Shown: positions 34,290-37,796 of the stretch, piece by piece
Numbering within the stretch: position 1 is the stretch's first letter
How the letters are laid out: each line of letters begins with the position of its first letter
Origin: a bacterium
Lineage (GTDB): Bacteria > JALSQH01
Length of the DNA stretch: 37,796 bases
Assembly (NCBI GenBank): GCA_026985515.1
Contig: JALSQH010000128.1
Coordinates: forward strand, 1 to 37,796
Direction of reading: 5' to 3'
Made by a program: the position numbers and the translations under genes
Notes under the pieces: model-generated
Told to the model about the DNA's origin: nothing
Databases searched by the model: none
The model's input: only the letters and a program-made list of their open reading frames with translations

Positions 34290-34673
34290 TTACCTGTATA
34301 CAAACTCAGCCGATACAGAGTTCCCATCTGCAAGGCTTACCTGTACTGTATATGTTACCCCTGATTCCAGAGAATTTGCTGAAAACTGTTCATTAACTCC
34401 ATCTGGAACTTCCCCATAGGTCACAGGAGGTGTAAACTTCTTTCCCAGATAATCTCCCGTGCCGATCTGCCACATAACATCGTAGTTCTCATCCATCACC
34501 ACCAGATTGGCAGCCTCTCCGCCGCTCCAGGAAATTTCGGGGGAATCAAGTTCACCTGTGAGAGTTATATCATCACCTGTTATTTTCGTCCACTTACCCT
34601 CTTCTTTTACGGGCCCACAGGCAGCAGAAACCCACATTAAACCAGCAACAATAAAAAATGCAAGTTTCTTCAT
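34290..34673 (-). CDS. Hypothetical small secreted protein / probable lipoprotein
   Basis: 127 aa. Signal peptide MKKLAFFIVAGLMWVSAAC (Cys after an AA motif). GGAGG SD upstream. Starts 33 nt downstream of the giant Fn3 protein gene. No recognisable enzymatic motif. Confidence 0.7.
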   Translation of the reverse strand: MKKLAFFIVAGLMWVSAACGPVKEEGKWTKITGDDITLTGELDSPEISWSGGEAANLVVMDENYDVMWQIGTGDYLGKKFTPPVTYGEVPDGVNEQFSANSLESGVTYTVQVSLADGNSVSAEFVYR

Positions 34674-34706
34674 AAAACCTCCTGCAAATAGTATTTCTCT
34701 ACCTCC

Positions 34707-37700
34707 TTACGGAGTGGCAAATATTGTCAATTTGTAGGCAGTACCCATATTTCTCAAAGAGGGAAAGGATGGGTATCCAATGACATAGGCTCCGGCATCA
34801 TTATCATACACAAGAGAATCAAGTCTTACTAAACCATCACTGGCAAGGGCATTGTAGGCTACAGGCTGATCAAAAACCCAGCATCCCAGGTCTGGCATAA
34901 AAACTCCCATCTCAAGAGTTGCAGGTTCGCCGATATAAAAGACAAGATTACCATCCTCAGTTATCTGGGGAGGGGTCTCATCCACAGGATCTGAAACAGG
35001 ATCAAAGCATGGAGTAAGTTGAGAAGTACTACCGAGAGGAGCAGAATAGATACTTTTATCTTTAAAATATGTCACCTGTAACTGACCATTAACCATAGAG
35101 AATCTGCTTCCCCCTATATCACCGGAATCTACTCGTTTATAGCCTTTACCCACTGTGAATATATCAAGCTCAAAACTGGTACCTGCATCCCTTGTAAAGA
35201 GGATGTATGTATCATTATCCACTCTCACTATGTTCAGCCAATCAGATACAATATCTCCACCACTATAAATAGTACTACAGGTAAAATTAAAACTATTATC
35301 ATTACCCTCACAGTAGTGGAGATCGCTGGAATCATCCACATACGCTATAAAGAAATCTGTTACACCTGGTATAGATTCATCCGGTTTCATGAAAAGAGCT
35401 GCATTTATAACATTCACCTGACTGGTCTCAATATTCTCACCTGTGCTGTTGCCAGGAGCGAAAATATTAAAATAGTGATTCTGAGTTTCTCCAATGAAGT
35501 AGACCTTACCGTTTCTCGCCTCAGTATCAAAAACCACCACACTGTCACTACCTGTGGGGGTCGGGGTCACATTCTCATCATCAATCTGGGAAAGTACACC
35601 TTTATAGTTTCCACTGTCATCATAGCCGGTGGAGAGAAAATACCACTTATCACTCTGTTTAAAGAAATCAAATCTCTCTGTTGCCAAAGGTATCTGTAGC
35701 CAGTGATAATCTGCATCGGAAGATATGGGTGTTATGTTGAAAGTTGCAGAGGAATCATTGGCATTTCCATAATAAAGATCAAGTTCCCCATTCCATGCTG
35801 TCAGATAAAGCTTACCAGAATTATCGATTAAACCTGAAATCTGTCTTCTTCCCGGACATGGGAAATCCAGGGCTTTTGAAGCTGGATACTGATCTATTGT
35901 AACAGTAACTGGATTGGAAAAGGGTGAATAGATCTCATCTATCTCCCCAGCACTGCAATTATCGGAGAGATTTGTGTAGGTTAAGATAACAGGATTATTA
36001 TGTGAATCAAATGTAATATCGCTTTCATTGAGAAGGAGACCATCAAAGCTATATTCTGGACCAAATGAAACAACATTGCTGCTGGTATCATCCCCTCTGA
36101 ACTCAACAAGGTAGCCCCTTGTATCAGGTGGATTGGAAGTATCACCTGTGACCTTCTTATAATATATGTAAGTGTTGCCATCTCCAGCCACTCCAAAGCC
36201 TGTCATTCCCACATCACCACTATCAACAAGAGTGGAAGTCCATCCCTGTCCAGAATCATATGCCCAGTAAACCTCACCCTCATTACTGTCAAGATCGCCA
36301 AAGTAGAGAAGCACCTCGGCCCTTTCATGCGCAGAATTCCATTTAGCTTTCAAATCAATTATATGAAGTGAGGAATTGATCTGAAGCAACTGCTCATCAG
36401 ACCCTACTCTACCACTGCTATCCACAACTATCCTGTTTAAATAGAAATGCCCTGAAGAATCGAGAGAAGTGTAGAATATTTCAATACCTCTCCCATCATA
36501 ACAACTTCCCACAGCACGGAGAAGGATCTCGTTACTGTCGGGGTCAAATCTCTTTACCACAGCTGAGGCAGATCCTCCCGGTGACCATTTCACAAAATTT
36601 ATACCAGGATTCAGGTAGAGAGAAGGATACACCACGAAAATATTTGTTCCATCAGTTGTGACGGAAAATTCTGATACTGGATCATTAACTATATTGTATG
36701 AAGTTGAAGGATCATTCAGGTCAACAGCAAAAATTCCTCCTCTGCCCTGATATGAAGTGTAAAATGCAAAATAACCACCTGATGTTGAGACAAGTTTATT
36801 CTGATATCCTGAAATTCCCATACCTGCTTCACTTTCAAGAGTTAAACCTGCTTTCACAATCATTGCTGAAGCATAATTTGGAACTTCATCGTGACTATAA
36901 ATAGCATAATAGGTTACCACATCCCTTTCTGCCTGTGTGTCCCTTATGTGAAGCCAGTTACTGTTGGGAATCTGGTCGGGAGTTCCACTGACAACTCTGC
37001 CATCATCGTAGGATGAAGGTGGTGAACCCACTTTGGCAACTACTCTATATCCTGAAATATCATCAGTATTTGATGGTATTTTCCACACTATCTGATTTCC
37101 GGTTAAAGTCGGTACCCCTCTTGCCTCCACCACAGGGGCAGGAGGTACACTATCATGCGGGGTACCCTTAACTGTGGCACCACTGGAATAATTGGGCACC
37201 TCATCATAGGTGAAAAAGGTGTAACAGTATTCTTCATCATCAGTGAGACCCGTATCTTCAAAGTAAGCTGTTCCTTTTGTAAAATCACCAACCAGCGTTC
37301 CATTTGAATCATTAACCGATGCGGGACAGTAACTGTTATCCCCCCGCAAAACCTTAACTCCCTCATAATCAGAATCTGACGGTTCACTCCAGGAGATTTT
37401 AAGTGCATTTCCTTCTGGCACTACAGTAACATTCAGTCCGTACACTTCCCCGGGCGCCCGTGAATCGGAAGGAGTTGCACAGACAGTCTGTGATCCTGAT
37501 GAATAGTTTGGGACTTCGTCAAATGCAAAGATCCTGTAGCAATATGTTTCACCATCAGTCAGACCATCATCCTCAAACTCAGTGGTGTATGGATACACTG
37601 TGCCTAAATCCACCGCATTGGGATCATTAACTCCACCGGGGAGGTAATTATTATCGCCTCGCAATATTTTTACTCCTGCCAGATCAGTATCGGAAGGTTT

Positions 37701-37796
37701 GGTCCACACCAGTTTCAGAGCATTCCCCTCTGGTAATACATCTATGTGAAAATTGCTCACATTACCGGGAGGTACACTGTCTTGAGGTACTCCTAC
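34707..37796 (-). CDS. Giant surface protein: tandem Fn3-like modules followed by a ~700-aa beta-rich (propeller-like) region (partial; 5' end beyond the right window edge)
   Basis: The track start at 37760 is an in-frame GTG. The frame stays open to 37796 (VGVPQDSVPPGN-VSNFHIDVLPEGNALKLVW). That extra peptide matches the inter-repeat linker GTPHDSVPPAPV, so at least one more module lies upstream. Repeats contain the W-x-x-P-x-D-x-D-x-x-G-(V/Y)-K/R-(V/I)-x-R and Y-C-Y-x-x-F-x-x-D-E-V-P-N-Y-S-S pattern. Confidence 0.8.
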   Translation of the reverse strand, partial: VGVPQDSVPPGNVSNFHIDVLPEGNALKLVWTKPSDTDLAGVKILRGDNNYLPGGVNDPNAVDLGTVYPYTTEFEDDGLTDGETYCYRIFAFDEVPNYSSGSQTVCATPSDSRAPGEVYGLNVTVVPEGNALKISWSEPSDSDYEGVKVLRGDNSYCPASVNDSNGTLVGDFTKGTAYFEDTGLTDDEEYCYTFFTYDEVPNYSSGATVKGTPHDSVPPAPVVEARGVPTLTGNQIVWKIPSNTDDISGYRVVAKVGSPPSSYDDGRVVSGTPDQIPNSNWLHIRDTQAERDVVTYYAIYSHDEVPNYASAMIVKAGLTLESEAGMGISGYQNKLVSTSGGYFAFYTSYQGRGGIFAVDLNDPSTSYNIVNDPVSEFSVTTDGTNIFVVYPSLYLNPGINFVKWSPGGSASAVVKRFDPDSNEILLRAVGSCYDGRGIEIFYTSLDSSGHFYLNRIVVDSSGRVGSDEQLLQINSSLHIIDLKAKWNSAHERAEVLLYFGDLDSNEGEVYWAYDSGQGWTSTLVDSGDVGMTGFGVAGDGNTYIYYKKVTGDTSNPPDTRGYLVEFRGDDTSSNVVSFGPEYSFDGLLLNESDITFDSHNNPVILTYTNLSDNCSAGEIDEIYSPFSNPVTVTIDQYPASKALDFPCPGRRQISGLIDNSGKLYLTAWNGELDLYYGNANDSSATFNITPISSDADYHWLQIPLATERFDFFKQSDKWYFLSTGYDDSGNYKGVLSQIDDENVTPTPTGSDSVVVFDTEARNGKVYFIGETQNHYFNIFAPGNSTGENIETSQVNVINAALFMKPDESIPGVTDFFIAYVDDSSDLHYCEGNDNSFNFTCSTIYSGGDIVSDWLNIVRVDNDTYILFTRDAGTSFELDIFTVGKGYKRVDSGDIGGSRFSMVNGQLQVTYFKDKSIYSAPLGSTSQLTPCFDPVSDPVDETPPQITEDGNLVFYIGEPATLEMGVFMPDLGCWVFDQPVAYNALASDGLVRLDSLVYDNDAGAYVIGYPSFPSLRNMGTAYKLTIFATP
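36846..37796 (-). repeat. Diverged tandem coding repeats of ~315 nt (105 aa Fn3-like modules), 3 copies plus the end of a fourth
   Basis: PEGNALKLVW at residue 10 and PEGNALKISW at residue 115 (track numbering) give a 105-aa period. A third, more diverged copy is TLTGNQIVWKIP...YYAIYSHDEVPNYAS. Spot alignment of copies 1 and 2 at DNA level gave roughly 70-75 percent identity over a short hand-aligned stretch. Confidence 0.6.

Overview
A 37.8-kb, gene-dense chromosomal segment with short or overlapping gene junctions. I call 33 protein-coding genes (two cut by the window edges) and one tRNA-Ser(GGA). I saw no rRNA, CRISPR array, transposase or integrase by eye. Glu/Lys/Ile-rich proteins, frequent AGA/AGG/ATA codons, lipoproteins, an AMIN-like domain and MurJ suggest a possibly thermophilic diderm bacterium; this is inference only.

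Most genes are housekeeping: murJ, uppP, mutS2, hslO, greA, carB, carA, pyrC, pyrB, pyrR, hisD, hisG, murA, prmC, prfA, rpmE. Positions 12379-37796 form one co-directional minus-strand array. Near-consensus TTGACA-16/17-TAnnnT promoters and two hairpin terminators appear to divide it into four transcription units.

Findings worth a second look, in order of interest:
1. A Rieske / b6-like cytochrome b / two paralogous multihaem cytochrome c module (12 and 10 haem-binding motifs) at 23850-28779. It has no c1/f-type subunit and is translationally coupled to hisD. This is my best candidate for an undescribed respiratory system.
2. A low-GC DpnII-family type II R-M cassette inserted precisely between pyrB and pyrC.
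3. A PflX-like radical SAM gene wedged between carA and carB with start/stop overlap.
4. A coupled operon of a PilZ-like/Pro-rich/TM/AMIN-like protein, an AmmeMemoRadiSam-type radical SAM enzyme and a beta-lactamase-fold hydrolase. The hydrolase ORF is missing from the supplied track.
5. A giant surface protein (more than 1029 aa in the window, 5' end beyond the right edge) with tandem Fn3-like repeats, followed by a small lipoprotein.

Several ORF-track starts are corrected (pyrR, rpmE, the distal cytochrome, the BKACE gene). All homology calls rest on motifs recognised by eye and need HMM/BLAST confirmation.
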